From the NCBI RefSeq assembly GCF_018977255.1, contig NW_024704743.1, positions 91,700,001 to 91,764,000 of the forward strand: DNA of 64,000 nt, in the 5' to 3' direction. The number at the start of each line of letters is the position of its first letter. Position 1 is the first letter of the stretch. The translations under genes and the position numbers were made by a program. The notes beneath the pieces are model-generated. The model was not told the origin of the DNA and searched no databases. It saw only the letters and a program-made list of their open reading frames with translations. Positions 25,307-39,330 of this stretch are shown in pieces. Origin of the DNA: Callorhinchus milii (taxonomy: Eukaryota).

Positions 25307-28252
25307 ACCGCCTCCAATGCAGTTAAAACCTGGCGATAGCGCCAGGTTTTAACATCCAGCTCATAAGATATCTCATTTACAATTCATCTGAAGGATGGCA
25401 CCACCAACAATGCAGCACTGCATTGGAGTATTAGACTATACAAACCATGGTTTGACCTGCTCTATATTATAATGCTCTATACTATAACCCTAGCCCTAAC
25501 CCTCTTGTTGTTACAATCACGTTTTTCAGTGGAGAGCTCTTTGACACTCTCAAAGCAGTTTGATGACAGACAGTGAGTTGGAGCCAATGCCAACTCAATG
25601 TAAGAGATTCCAATATTTGAATTTTTTAAGTGAGAATTATGCCAATTGCTAGAGGTCAGAAAAAAGGGTATACCAGGACAAGTATTCAAATGACGCTCAA
25701 GTAAAAATAAACTTGAAATGAAAACAGATATATCTGCAAACACGCAGAGATCAAATACATGTGAAACTTCCAGACTCAGTGGAAAAATGTGATGTTTCAT
25801 AACAGATTAAATGTAGGAAAATCCAATGTTTGAATTTTTAAGTGAGAATTATCACATTGAGTCAGTTATGAAACAGCATTTTTCATCTCATTGAGATTAG
25901 CCACTTGGGAAAAGTACCGGTCATTGCTCTGGAACTGTATTCAGCATGAGTCAGTCACTTGAAGACATAAAGAGAAAATGTAAGGGGAAAAATGTGCTCA
26001 TAGTTTGAACCTGAGCACTATAACTAATTGGATTTCCTTTCTTTCCCCAGTTCCAGCATTACATCTTTCGCTATAAGATTTACAAACAACAGTTTAGCTG
26101 GCAAGCTTTATATAACAAATCAGGTGATTTGGAGAGGACACAATCATTCTACCAAGATTCCTGGCCGAAGCCTCATGAGGAACATTGAATTGATTCTCCA
26201 AAGATGGTATGAAGCTTTGTGTAGGCTCTTGTGGGCAGCCAACGTGGGAGGTGACTCTTTGAAACCTAAGTCAAGTGCCTTAGATATTCTGGGAAAGGAA
26301 AAGGTTAAATCTGTCTTCCTCAGCCTGTGTGTGTCTCTGTGTGTGTGTGTGCGCATGGGGGGTGGGAAGAGGGAGGGGAAGGGGAGAGACCAAGTCTACT
26401 CCCATCCTCACTCAATAGCCACATTCTATCCAGGAGGAAGCTTTTGGGGGCAATAACATCCTTCCTAAAATTATATGATCAGAATTTTGTACACATTAGG
26501 TCAGAGGCCTGAAATTCCCCTGTTCTTTGGCTTAAAAGCTTTGTCCTAAAATTTAAGATTGTGTAACATTTTTTGGAAAACAGTTTGAATTCAGCCAGTC
26601 TTTATCTAGAAACAAGTTTGCCACAGTTCTTTTTAAAATTGGCTTCCCATCTCAGACTGAATCACCCCTCAAAGCTACTTCTTCAACTGAGCCTAAAGTC
26701 ACGTCTCCCACCTCCCTTATTTCATTGTTCAATCCCACCATTGTGAAACCCTCTAAAACATTATCCTACATAAAGGATGCTATATAAACGCAAGTTGTTG
26801 TTGTTGAATCTATGAATTTCTTAAATTCTACAGAATCTTAAATTCTAAGCTAATGGTCTTCAGCATAAGAACATGAGAAATTTCTGACTCCTTGAGAAGC
26901 AACGATTAAACTTCCTTTGACCTGTTCTCTTTCCTTTGTGATAAAACAACCGAGAACCATATTTACTTTCTTTGCGACAGCCAGGTACTGGGTTAATGGT
27001 TTCATCAATTTATCAATAAAAATCCCTCAATATTGTTCTGGTAATCACACAGCATGATCCATTTAGAAACACACACACGTTTCACTTTCTTGCTTGCATG
27101 CAAATTATTTCACACTTATCCACACTGAACTGCATTGCCACCAAGTTTCCTAAGAGGTCCAAATCCCTCTTAATCTGGTTACCAATGTCCTTGTTATTTG
27201 CTCTGTCTCTTACTTCGAACTCATCCTCATGAAATTGAAGAGTAAGGTGACCCAAGGGTACATTAACTGATTCATGTGTTTAGTGGCAAAAGGGCTTCCA
27301 CTCTCCAGATGTTACCCCAAACTGTTCTGCCAATTAAATCCTGAAGTGATATTTCTTTTAATGGACTAATTTGAATTTCAAATGCAATCAATGATCATCT
27401 AATTATTATATATTCAAACAACTTCATATGTCACCATCTTGGAGAAGAATATAGATGTGACATAAATAGTTCATGTTGCATTAGCTGTCATAATCAAAGA
27501 GGCAGAAATTAATGTTGTATTTCAGATTATAGATGTGCAGTGCAGCTCACAGCTGCTGTACAATTGATTTACCTGCAGATTTAAGACTTTTCTGGAGATG
27601 GTTGCCTATTCTCCAAAGCTGTTTCAGCTTTATTAAAGTATTTCTGATGTTTTCATCTCATACCCGTTCCATCCCACTCTTGTATATTATTTAATTGATA
27701 ACTTAAACATCGTAGCTTGAATGGCAGTTTAAGTGAGATGCTGTAAAAATGGATTTGCTTTGCATTCGTGAGAGAAACACATTTTTTGCTACAAGGCACA
27801 ACTTGAGTCACATTTTCTTGCAACGCATTACCTTTCCACTTTCTCGGGATGGATGGATCAGAGGTAATTTTAACATGGTGCCTTTGAAAGGACTAATTTA
27901 AATTCGTCTATAATAACCTTTAATTGGCATCAAGGTTAATAATGAATAACCTTCATTCTTAGGTGACACAGTCTTGGGGAAAACATTGATCATTCACTTC
28001 ATGGATGTTTGTGGGACATTGCTATTGTACAAATTGGTTGTTGGGTTTGCCTACAAATACACAGTCACTACACTTCACAGTAAAATCCACTGAAGCGTTT
28101 TGAGACATCTCGATAATGTGATAAGGTGTTACATCAAATGCAAGATTGTTATAAATTACATCAGCATCAACTGGATTATAACCTGTGGACAGCTGCTAAC
28201 TTTAATGAAATTTCATTAACTTATTTGACCCTTGATTTGACCCTTTGACCTA

Positions 28253-28565
28253 GGAGTCTTGTAGCTCAGTGGTTAGAGCACTCGCCTTGCAAGCGAGAGA
28301 CCTGGGTTTGATTCCCAGCACGGCGAAACCTAAGGCAAGTTTCCTTACTCCACACACCTAATAATAATCCCTCAAGAAAAAAAAGAATAAAAATTGGTCA
28401 CTTCAATTCACGACTTTTTGTGGGACACTGCTATGTGCAATTGGCTGCCTCATTTCGCCCACAAATATACAGTCAATTCACTTTACAGTATATTCTGTGA
28501 AACACTTTGAGTCGTTTAGAAGACGTGAAAAGCTCTATATCAAATGGAAGGATTATTATTATTAT
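28253..28565 (+). mobile_element. Same SINE, short variant, full length
   Basis: GGAGTCTTGTAGCTCAGTGG…CTCGCCTTGCAAGCGAG…, tail and (TTA)n. Confidence 0.93.
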
Positions 28566-29259
28566 TTATCATCACATGTTCCAAACTAGCTTTTAGTGCT
28601 TCCCAGAAAGGAAATCTTTCCTGTTACTATAATGTCACCAAGTGAGGCCATTTCTACTCTGATGCCCCCAATATCATTTTAGTATTAACCTGAAAGATTG
28701 CGAGAAACACATTGTAATTAACTGATTTATATTTATTTGGCTCTGAGAAATGATGTTTTGTATCACTGAAGATAGAAGTTTTAGTTTAATACAAAATTTG
28801 GGCCATTGGCATTACTCTTTTTTAAATACAGGGTAATTTTTTTAAAATAAGTGTTTAAAAATACCTGTGATCCACACAATGTATCTCATAATATTTTTAA
28901 ATCTGTTCCAATGTCAAATGTCATCAAACTAAAAGCATATGTGTAATGATGCATGGCATCAGAAGCAAGACATGTAACACATGCCTTTCAAACATTGCTG
29001 GAAGGCAGCACTTGTCTCCTGCCCAGATTGAAGGTCACAGTTGCAATAGGTCATTGTCCCAAGGCTGCCTGTCACTCAAATCCTAAAATACGAATACTTT
29101 ATTAGTTCAGTGTTGTATCGCTGAATGGAAGCAAGTATATTCATCTCTGATGGTGGTTGAGGGGATGGGAGGGGGCCTGAAGCCAACTCATAGTATCTTT
29201 CTCACCCTAATTGATCCACATTATCCTATTGCTTGAATAACAGCAATGGCAGTTTGCAC

Positions 29260-29700
29260 TTATTTAGCACCTTTCATGGAGGAGGTGTCAAAGTGCTCCA
29301 CAAACATGCAGTGGAAGCCTGAGCTGGGTAGGAGATATGAGGGTGGGGTAAGGGGCTGAAGGTGCAACAAAGGGATAGGTTTTCAAATGGGTTTTGAAAG
29401 CAGACAAGGACTGACTGAAGCAGAATGATTTGGAAGAGAATTCCAGAGAGTGAGGGCAAAGTGATTAAAGCTCATACATCAATGCTAGGGCATAGAGGTG
29501 GGGGACATGGTGCAGTCCAGAGTTGGTGGAGTAGAGGGAGTGGGAAGGGGCGAAGGATCCCAGGAGATCACATAGCCATGTAAGGCGGGAGCAAAGTCAT
29601 GCAGACATTTGAGGTTAAGAATGAGAATCTCAAAATTGATCCGTTGGGATATATGGATCCCATGGAGGCAGGTGAGGATGGGGATGATGGACTTAATATC
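29260..29700 (-). mobile_element. Old L2 3' fragment
   Basis: Purine-rich + strand resembling other minus-strand L2 3' ends; tail-like TTGCACTTATTTAGCACCTTTCATG. Confidence 0.65.
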
Positions 29701-31169
29701 CCGTGAGCAAGAGAGAACAAAACAATCTTAATACTATTTTGAGGCAGGAGTTGACCATACCTTCTCCACCAATTTCTCACAAGATTCTTTCCATACATCT
29801 GTAATGTAATAATACAAATCTTTGTATTTGCTTATTTCATTCTACCAGAATGCCTACCCACTGTCCATCATAGCATTGAGCTGATTCTTTAAATTAGTTC
29901 AATGGCCTGGCCTTAACCACCTTTCCTGGTAACCTGCTCCAGTCATTAATTAACCTCTGGACAAAGAAATTATTTCTGGTAAGTGTGTAAATGTTCCTTC
30001 AAGAGAACACAATATTGTTTTGCCCTAGCTGTTTGTTGCTTCATACTGTGGTTTCCAAGGATGGTATGGGGAGATGAGTAGATGCCTTCTCTTTTAAGTT
30101 GTGCTTATATCAACCACTTTTTTACATTATATATCAACAATAATATACAGAGCAGAACAATCAGCGTGGACTATGTAGCCCAATCTTGGTATGCTATTGG
30201 TGTAAAACAGCTGTAGGAAACATCTCAATAAAAAGAGTAGATACATAGAAACAATTACCAAACAGAACAACATTAGTAATGGATTGACATCAACGAAAGG
30301 CAAAAGAAAATTATTTATTGATGTTTTTGGATAATACTAGGTACAGCTATGTCTTGTGAATCCATTTACGTTAAATTAATGCCTGCATTGCTCTATCTGC
30401 CGAGCAGGAGTTAAACTGATATACTGATACCTTGTCCAATATCAACCTACTTTCCATGAAATTGCAGGCATTTATTAAGAAGCCTCACTCAAATAGCAAT
30501 ATTTTTGTTTTACAATTGCAAACGTGAAATAAATTACAAATTCCAATTATAGTTAAAAAATCAATTATGGTGATGTAATTTGTTTTGCTGATATAATTCA
30601 GTCTAGGTAATTTGTAATTCAACAGTTTTTTTAAAAAAATCAATTACATCAAATGTTATCTATTTATTTAGTCACCACTGTACAAAACCTTGCGATGCAG
30701 GGTTCATCAGAAAATGCCAACTTTTTATTTTATGTCTATTTCAAGACCATTATTTCAACTTAAATACAGTTGACAGAAGCACTTAACAGCTTCTTTCAGT
30801 CAATCCAGTTATAGCAAGTCGCCCCAGTCAGTGACTCAAGGCCTTTGAAGATGTAACGCCCCTGTCTCACATGTTTAACCTGAATTTCCATAGACTAGTG
30901 GCTAACAGTTTGTATTAAAAGTTGGCAATAAATTATTTGCTGAAAAAATATATTGTAGGTAATTGCTCAGTAATTGTAACAACGGGAGCTGAAATAGAAC
31001 TTGAGCTATGGAACAACCAGTTAAGCACCTGCAATCTCTGCTATGTTTTCGGCAGGAACAATAACAACTTGCAGTTATATAGCTCCCTTCTCGCAGGATA
31101 GCCTTCCAGAGTGCTGCACAATGGCAGGTTTGGACGCTGAGCGATGGAGAATGGGGAGATGGCCATAGC

Positions 31170-31575
31170 TGCAGTGTTAGCTTGGGTCAGTGACACCACT
31201 CTCCTCCGCGTCAGGTGGTTGTGGGTTTCAGTCCCACGTTGGCACTCCAATGCAATGCTGGGGGTGTGTTGCATTCTTGGAGGTGCCGTCCTTCGGATGA
31301 GATGTTAAACTGAGGTCCCATATGTCTGCTCAAGTGGACATTAAAGATCCTCATGGCACTATTTGAAAAGAGAAGGGGGTTTCACCCTGTGTCCTAGCCA
31401 ACAATCCCCAAATAAAACTGGTCACTCACTCCATGGTGAAACATAGCTGTGCGCAATTGAGCTACCAAGTTTGTCTACAAAATACATTGTCACTTGACTT
31501 CATAGTAAATCCTGTGAAGCGCTCTGAGACTTCCTTCTGATGTAATAAGGCTCTATACCAAATATAATGATTATT
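31170..31575 (+). mobile_element. Older Deu-domain SINE (SacSINE1/AmnSINE1-like), near full length
   Basis: Deu-type core GGAGGTGCCGTCCTTCGGATGAGATGTTAAACTGAGG…AAAGATCC…TGGCACTATTTGAA, then an L2-like tail. Family assignment is recalled, not aligned. Confidence 0.8.
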
Positions 31576-31749
31576 TGTTATATAGGTGAGTTAAGTCTTA
31601 AAGTGGGATTTAAAGATAGATAAAGAAGGGGAGAAGCACAGGTATTGAGGCATGGAGTTACGGAAGTTAGGCCCATAATGACTGATAACACGGCCAGCAA
31701 TAGTGGCATGGAGGGATTGGGGGATATACAGCAGACCTGTCTGCAGGGC

Positions 31750-31960
31750 ATTTTTTTTAATGAGTCCAATGTCCTGGCCATAACCATGCTTCCTGGCGCC
31801 CTGTTCCAGTCATTACATATCCTCTGGTTAAAGAAAAACTTACTGGTATCTGTCTTGAAATTGCCCTTTGCAACTCTAAGCCTGTGTCCTCTTGTTTTAC
31901 TGTCTTTGTGCATCCTCAAGTATTGTTCTGGGATTACTTTTTCTTTAACATTCTTAATCT
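31750..31960 (-). mobile_element. Old CR1-like 3' end
   Basis: SKTRGHRLRV, FFFNQRICNDWNRAPG and TLDSLKK. Confidence 0.78.
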
Positions 31961-32784
31961 TTGTAGCTCCTGTGTGTGTATTGCTATGAGAAAAAGGGAA
32001 ATAAAGAGAATCAGGAAGACAAAAAGTAAGAGAGATGAAGGAGAAAGCCTGAGGTTTGGCTTGAGAGAAAGTGAAAGTAAATCACAAGTATATTCAGGAT
32101 TCTGAAGGGAGGGAGGGACAAGATTCAATAGGATAGTTGCAATGAACTCAATGATCTTTCAATCCGAAATTACTACACTGGAAACAATAACATGGTGCTT
32201 CATAGTTCAGCAACTATAGTATTTATTCCCCTACTAAATGGATGTTTCCATGGATTATAATGGATTTCATGAGAAATATCACTCCTTCAATTCAGTATCT
32301 TATGCTTACAATTAGAAACAAGTAGAATTGGACTCAATCACCCTGGAAATAAAAGTGTGTGATCCACTGTATAGCCAGGAATAAAGCTCATGTATATTCA
32401 TGAAAGTAAATGAAAAGTCATGTTCACACAGCGGTTTAAACCCGCACAATTATAGGCAATGAGGGGTATGGAAAAGAAAACAGTGATGAATAAATGCATA
32501 ATACTGAGGCTACAAAATATTTCCTCTCATCTTGTGTTAATAGTCTACATAAGCTGTGTACATATGCAATCGCCAAGGGGCAACTAATTAAAATATGCCA
32601 ATAATTAACTGGCCAGGGGATCTGGGCAGCCTGGAAAAGATAATCATGTCATAGAATGAACACATGCACTGGCACACTCCCTCTCCCAGTAATCAGAAAG
32701 ACATCAGTAAGAGCTATAGAAGCACTCTGTAAACCTGAAGAGAAGCGTTGGTGAATCCTGAAATGACTGATGTAATATTGCCAG

Positions 32785-32786
32785 GT

Positions 32787-32817
<31 letters not shown>

Positions 32818-32824
32818 GGGGGGT
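32785..32824. repeat. (GT)n microsatellite followed by a long poly-G run
   Basis: Directly visible. Confidence 0.9.
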
Positions 32825-35800
32825 GGATTACACAAAGAGAAATTTGTTAACTGAATATTATTTCCATCAGTTATATCCACTTCAGTCATTTTCAGTCTTT
32901 ATAGGTCAAAGTGCAGTAACAACACCACTAACAATCTCTCTGAATCTTTATGTAAAATATTATTGATCCTCATGAAAGACACATATTGGAGAGCATAGTT
33001 CCTATTGATTGATCTATTATGGAAAATGATTTTATAGCATGAAGTTACTGAGACCAATAAATTTCCAATCCGATCCTTCTTACCTCAACAATCTCATCTT
33101 GAACTTCACTTTAACCAGCACTCCTGTTTAGATTCATGAAAACCGGATCATGCAGACAGTGATACAATGTTGATACTGTATTAGTACAAAGAGATAGCCT
33201 GACAGTGTTACACTTCCCATTTCAAGTCTTGTAAGACTCGACACCCATAGCCTTGAGTCTTATCTAACTCAAGTCTAACATCTATAGTATTAAGTGTAGC
33301 CTGAAGGCATCATATGAGTGGTATGTGTTGTGGGCTTTGTCTTACAAAGTTAACACCATCTCATTCATACAATTAGCCAAATAAATTGTTACCTTTGAGA
33401 GGTTGTCACTAACGCTAATTGTATTGTTGTAACAAGTGTAAGAAGTGGAACCATCACACTTCAGGGTTACAGTACTAACATCCTCAATAATCTTCCAGGT
33501 TCATGCTTCACGTTACACCTCACAAATTCAGTTGTCATTTCCGTAAATTCTGTACTTTCTGCTTTTGGAAACTGTAATAGGAACTTTAGAAAACTGCCAT
33601 GTGTGTGAACCCGATGAGATTTATCCCTTCCAGCTGAGAGTTCAAAATAAATAAAACTGTACTCAGCAGTCACGGATCACCAGTCAGAGGATCACAGCTG
33701 GTGAGGAACTCTATCATTGCTGACATTATAAATGATCCCAACACCAGGACAAAAAAGGAGGCAGGAGCAACAAGTCATGGATAAAAACATTCAAAGCAGA
33801 AATCTTTCTGGTGTCAAGGACATGAGATCACATTGATCACTATTCTAACACTTTATCAGATGGCTCAAATCAAATGCCAGACACGTAATTATTTAAAATG
33901 TCACCTGGCTATATGTTATTGTTTTAGACTGAGTGCAGTAACCTTAACCTTTCAGGAGTAAGTTGTATATCTGTCATCCTAACAGAAATACTCAGGCATT
34001 GATTGGGTTTAAGATGGAAGATTTATTTCCTTGTATAAAATAATAAAGCAGCAGCTAATTCAACAGTTTTTTTAAATAAACATTTACTTCCAATAAATGT
34101 AGTTTATTTATTATGGTCCCCAAAGCTTCTGCAACATCAAGGGTTTAGATTTGAGCAGACCTCCCAGTAGCTGTGTAGTGGAACTGCTCTACATTACAAC
34201 TAGATTTAGCCACGAATGAGTGAGTTATTGTATACTCTGAATATTTGCTATGAAGCACACCGGAGACACTGTCTTTACATTAAACGGCAATCAGATATTG
34301 CTGAGCTAACGCACACACTATCATCCGTCTATATCTAACAGTGCAAGAAATCACTGCTTCGACTATAAGCAGACCTCTAGGGTTCACATGTTATGAGAGA
34401 TCACTTACTGTTTCACTAGACTTTGCAAAATCTTCCAATGCAAGCAGAAAGAGATACTACTCAAACACTGAGCACATTTTCCCTGAAGATGCATCCACGA
34501 CCCAGACTATTGCAACACCGACACATGTCAACAGCAGGATTTGTAGCCTATGGGACAAAATTCTGCAAATATTCTGCATCATATTTGGCAAATTCTCACC
34601 TCAGCTGCCAACAACACCATTTCCCAAAGCTTCAGTAATAAAGTCGACAAGATAGAAAGCCCAGCAGTATCTCATTTTCTTACTTTTAAACATTACTTTT
34701 TTATTAAGTTGGTTTGTGAATTCTTTACTTTGAAAACCTATTGGAATTTTGTAATACAATTTGGATTTCCTTTGTTTTTAATAGAAAATTGACAGTTTTA
34801 AATTATTTTTAATATGCTAAATGAATAAGAATACATTCATATGTTTCTATTATTTTTTCAAAAAAAAGTTTAGGATAGTCATGCTAAAAATAACTATTCT
34901 GCCAAGGGTCATCTTTCGGATGTGGTTCAACAATAATATGGTCACGGAACAATCATACTTTGCTTTTTTGTGCTAATGCACACAACAACAACGACAAAAT
35001 TATATTTGTATAGCGCCTTTCACATCGGTAGGACGTTCCAACGAGCTGGACAATCAGGATACAAGTGGAATGAAAAAAGCGTCCTGCACACTGTAGTGCT
35101 GTAATGTCACATTCCTTATCTGAGAGCACACGTTCAGCCATTTAAGTTCTTCAAGATGCCACTATGTGTCAAGGGTATTATATGAATGTAAGTTGTTGTC
35201 AATCAATTCTAAATGTTTTTTAAGCTAAACTAGATGATTGGCTCTTCATAATACATCCTCTCATCTAAATTGTCTTACATTCCTTCGGGTGACGTTGTAG
35301 AAACATGCAATGATCCAATTGCAGCCTAACAAATGTCTTCTATAACCGTAAATTTCCCATGTTTTTGTGTTCCAGGTGACAGAGCGTATCAGCCATCAGC
35401 TAACCCAATCGAAGTTTTCCAAGATTTGCTGTGTGCAAATTTGCTGATGCATTTGTATGCAAAATACTCTTCTTCCAGACAGCTACAGATTTGTATTTTT
35501 AACTAGAATAATACAACCTGAGACACCCATTAAGTAGATCGAATAAAAACAAGTGATAGATGGTTGAAGTATCAGACTAAGGTTTGTGTGACCTTTATCT
35601 CATGCAATTAATTTACTGCATTCACAAATAAATGTCTGCTTTCTTAATCAAGTTTTGGATTACTCAATGAACTTTTAACAATGAAGTTTTTAATTTCTTA
35701 GATGAAGTAAATTCATCATTGCTTCAGATTTTTCTTGTTGGACATTTTACAAGGTCTATAATTTTAAAGCTAATGTACGTACATTTCCTCTGCACTTGAA

Positions 35801-36169
35801 GAGTTCACGTGTCTAAGGTCTCTTTTTTCATCACACAATTGCTCTTACAGAACTGATTGAATTTAGGATACATTATATGGTTTATGTCAAACTCAGTTTC
35901 TGCTCATTTCACCTGAGGAAATGATTTATGAAGCCCTAATTACTGGTGCTATTTATAAAATGTAATCCTTATCTATGAAGCTGATTCAACATCCCACCAT
36001 GTATCAGACTTCTGATCATTTTGGAACAATGAGAAATAATACATTTATACAGGAGGGACCTCAGATCAAAAGTCAGCCTGCAACATACAATTAGATGTGC
36101 CAGTCAGCTCGGATGAACTATGAAGGAGAAACTATGGTGGAGCTTATTCAATAGTTGCATATCATAATA

Positions 36170-36545
36170 AATAATAACAATAATAATCCTTGCATTTGAT
36201 ACATCACCTTTCACGTTGGGAAGTCATCTCAAAGCCCTTACTATGATATACTGTGCATGTAGTAGGCAAACACAGCAGCCAATTTATGCATAGCAATATG
36301 CCACACAAAACTCACAAAGTGAATGATCAATTTTATTTGGAGGATTATTCGCCAGGACGCCAGAAGAAACTTCCTTCTCTTTTTGAATAGTGCCATGGGA
36401 TCTTCAATGTCCATCTGAACAGACACACTTGGTTGAACTTCTCATCCAAAGGATAGTACCTCAGAGAATGCAGCCTTCACTCAGCACTCCCCCACCTTGA
36501 ATCTCAAAAAACCTCTGATTCAAAGACGATAGTGTTAGCAGACTG
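36170..36545 (-). mobile_element. Older Deu-domain SINE remnant
   Basis: TTTGAATAGTGCCATGGGATCTTCAATGTCCATCTGAAC; (TAA)n tail at ~36170. Confidence 0.78.
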
Positions 36546-37317
36546 ATACACAATGGTAAGAACACTAAAATACCAAGGGAGAAAGCATGAAAGATGCCAT
36601 TAAATACTCCTGAGGCTACTTGCAAAAATAAGAGAAACTTACACTGTTGTGTATACTTTCAGAAACCACAGTGCTAGTTGTGAAGTCTTGACACATATTA
36701 ATATCTGATACTGTATCAGTCAGGAAACCAACACAAATGAATCAATTCCATATACCTAAGCTTGGAGAACACAGATATTGTATGGGAAGTTGCCAAGGCG
36801 CTAGAGTTATTGGGGTATTTCTGGTAAAATATTACTTTTATTCAGTTAGGGCCACCCATTGGCTATTGGCTGATTGTTATTGGTTCATCAGGATTATTAG
36901 AAGCTGAGAAGAAAGAGCCCTGTCCACCATCAATATGCCCAATATTTCCTGTAAGTTCCATTGAGTCAGGATATCTGTTCCTGACCACCATTCTGGAATA
37001 TTGTCAATTTGTCTGATTCTGCCTCTGCAAGTCCACCACAAAGAGTTGATTGAGCTACACTCTCCTTTCGCGAGGTGTATCATCATGGAAACAGCTTGAT
37101 CCTACTTACCCCTGACCCATGAATTGGTCAGCAGACATCTACCAGGTGTGGGTTTTAGATGGATAGCTGGTACCAGGAAATCCAGACAATCAAAAAAAAA
37201 TCAAACCATCAACACCGAAATGTATTCAAATGTAAACTGAACCACAATAAATCCACTCGATTCTGTCAACAATAATAAACAACTAACATTTAGATTACGT
37301 TTTGCACAAAAGAACCT

Positions 37318-38400
37318 TCTCACCGTCTCCACTTCATTGCTTCTAACGGTTTCTCCTCCAGCCCCTTCACTGTCATGTCTGGCGACCCCAGGGCTCCCCC
37401 TTGGTGACATCATCTGCAGACATGGGGTCAACTTACATATGTATGCGGATGACACCCAACTCTATCTTTCTGCCTCCACCCTCAACTCCAGGACCACTAC
37501 TGTCCCAACAGACTGCCTGTCAGACATCAAGTCCTGGATAAGGACAAATTTCCTACAGTTGAATGTGAACAAGACTGAGGCCCTCCTGATTGGCTCATGC
37601 CAGTGCCTCAGGCTCTGGAAGCATCAACCTCCATGGTTGCACACTTCAACTCACCAAGCCAGTCAGGAACCTCAGTGTCTTGTTTGACCCTCAACTGTCT
37701 TTTCTCCCCCACATCCAAGCCATGACCCACTCTGCCTTCCCTCACCTCCATAACATTGCCCGACTCCGCCACGACCTCACCCCTCAGGCCGCTGAAACTC
37801 TTGTTCATGTCTTCATCACCTCCAGCCTCGACTATGCAAACGTCCTGCTTGTCACCCTTCCCAACTCCTCCCTCCACAGGCTGCAGATAATCCAGAAATC
37901 TGCAGCCTGTGTCTTCTCCCGCACCAAACTCTGTGACCCCCATCTCCCCCACTCTCGCCCGACGCCATTGGCTCCCTATCCTTCAGACAATGCAGTTCAA
38001 GATCGTGGTCCTCACCTACAAAGCCCTCCATTGCCTCTCCCCACCCTACCTCTGCGACCTCCTAACCCCCTGCCAACCCACCTGTTCCCTCCGCTCAGCT
38101 GGCTCTGGCCTGCTCCATGTCCCCCGACCCACCTGCCCACCATTGGTGGGAGAGCCTTCAGCCACTCTGCCCCCAACCCCTGGAATTCCATCCCCTAATC
38201 ACTCTGCCTCACTCCCTCCTTAGCCTCTTTCAAGTCCCGCCTCAAGAACCTCCTCTTCGACCATGTCATCGGCCACCCCCCTTCCCCTCCGCTCCCTTAC
38301 CCCCCCAACCCCAGCTCGGGTCTGAAATGCTGTATTCTGTCCAGCGCCTTGGGACGTCCTCCTGACGTGAAAGCACTATACAAGTGTAATCTTGTTGTTG
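37318..38400 (+). mobile_element. L2 LINE, 5'-truncated, with frameshifts
   Basis: [21 protein letters not shown] and TSSLDYAN; tail CAGCGCCTTGGGACGTCCTCCTGACGTGAAAG...TTGTTG. Confidence 0.95.
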
Positions 38401-39029
38401 ATACAGGATTAGAAGAATTGGAAATGAATTGAATGTTGTTATGGAGACAAACACAACAATTTATTTCAACCATCAACACCCTAGAAACAATTATAAGATG
38501 GATGGCCAACTACATAGAATTTATGGAGTGAATTTTGGATTAAGAGCAAGAAATACAAGCTAAGATAATTGGGATAACTGTCATCTAATATCCAGCTGGA
38601 ACTTTTCTCCATCAGATAGTGAAAGACCAATATCCAATTTGATAGATGAAGCCCTTCATAACATCTGTCAGCCCTGCATTTACCACAATGTAATGATAAG
38701 CCAGAAATGCGATGATGTATTAATAATGTCCATGGTATTTCTTCAAGTGTTACTAGGCACAGTCCAGGCTGACAACACAACAACAACAACTGACATTAAT
38801 ATAGTGCACCTCATGCAGGATACTGTCTCGGAGTGTTTAACAACTCCATAGTTTGACGCCAACATAGTGAAAAAGGGGAGATGGCCATTGGTCATGAGCC
38901 GGCTGAGTGAAGGGTGTGTGGAGTGTGAGCAGGTTGGGAAGGTAGGGAGTTCCAAGTAATGAAGTGATCTGTAGGGGAGTGTTAGGATCTTGAAATTGAT
39001 CCATTCTGTGGCAGGGAACCATAGAGCTT

Positions 39030-39330
39030 CGGGGTATACTGTGTTGTGGGAGGCACCATTTCTCAGATGAATTGTTAAACTGAGGCCCTCTCTGCTGTTC
39101 AGGTGAATGTTAAAGATCCCTTGGCACTGTTCGAAAAGAGAAGGGAGTTTCTCCTGAATAACAATCCCCCAGATAAAATTAGTTCTTTACTCCATGATGG
39201 TTTGTGGAACATTGCTGCATACAAGTTGGATGCCATGTTCCCTTACAAATACTGTCACAACCGACTACAATATATTCTATGAGGCCCGACATGAAAGCCA
39301 CTATATTAAATGCAAGGATTATTATTAAAA
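39030..39330 (+). mobile_element. Older Deu-domain SINE remnant
   Basis: GTTAAACTGAGGCCC…CAGGTGAATGTTAAAGATCCCTTGGCACTG. Similar remnants at ~4215-4330, 10130-10360, 13875-14000, 27990-28150, 43630-43855 and 46255-46450. Confidence 0.75.

Noticed and set aside
25485..25503. Telomere-like TAACCCTAGCCCTAACCCT
   Set aside because: Only about three imperfect units, too short to call an interstitial telomere.
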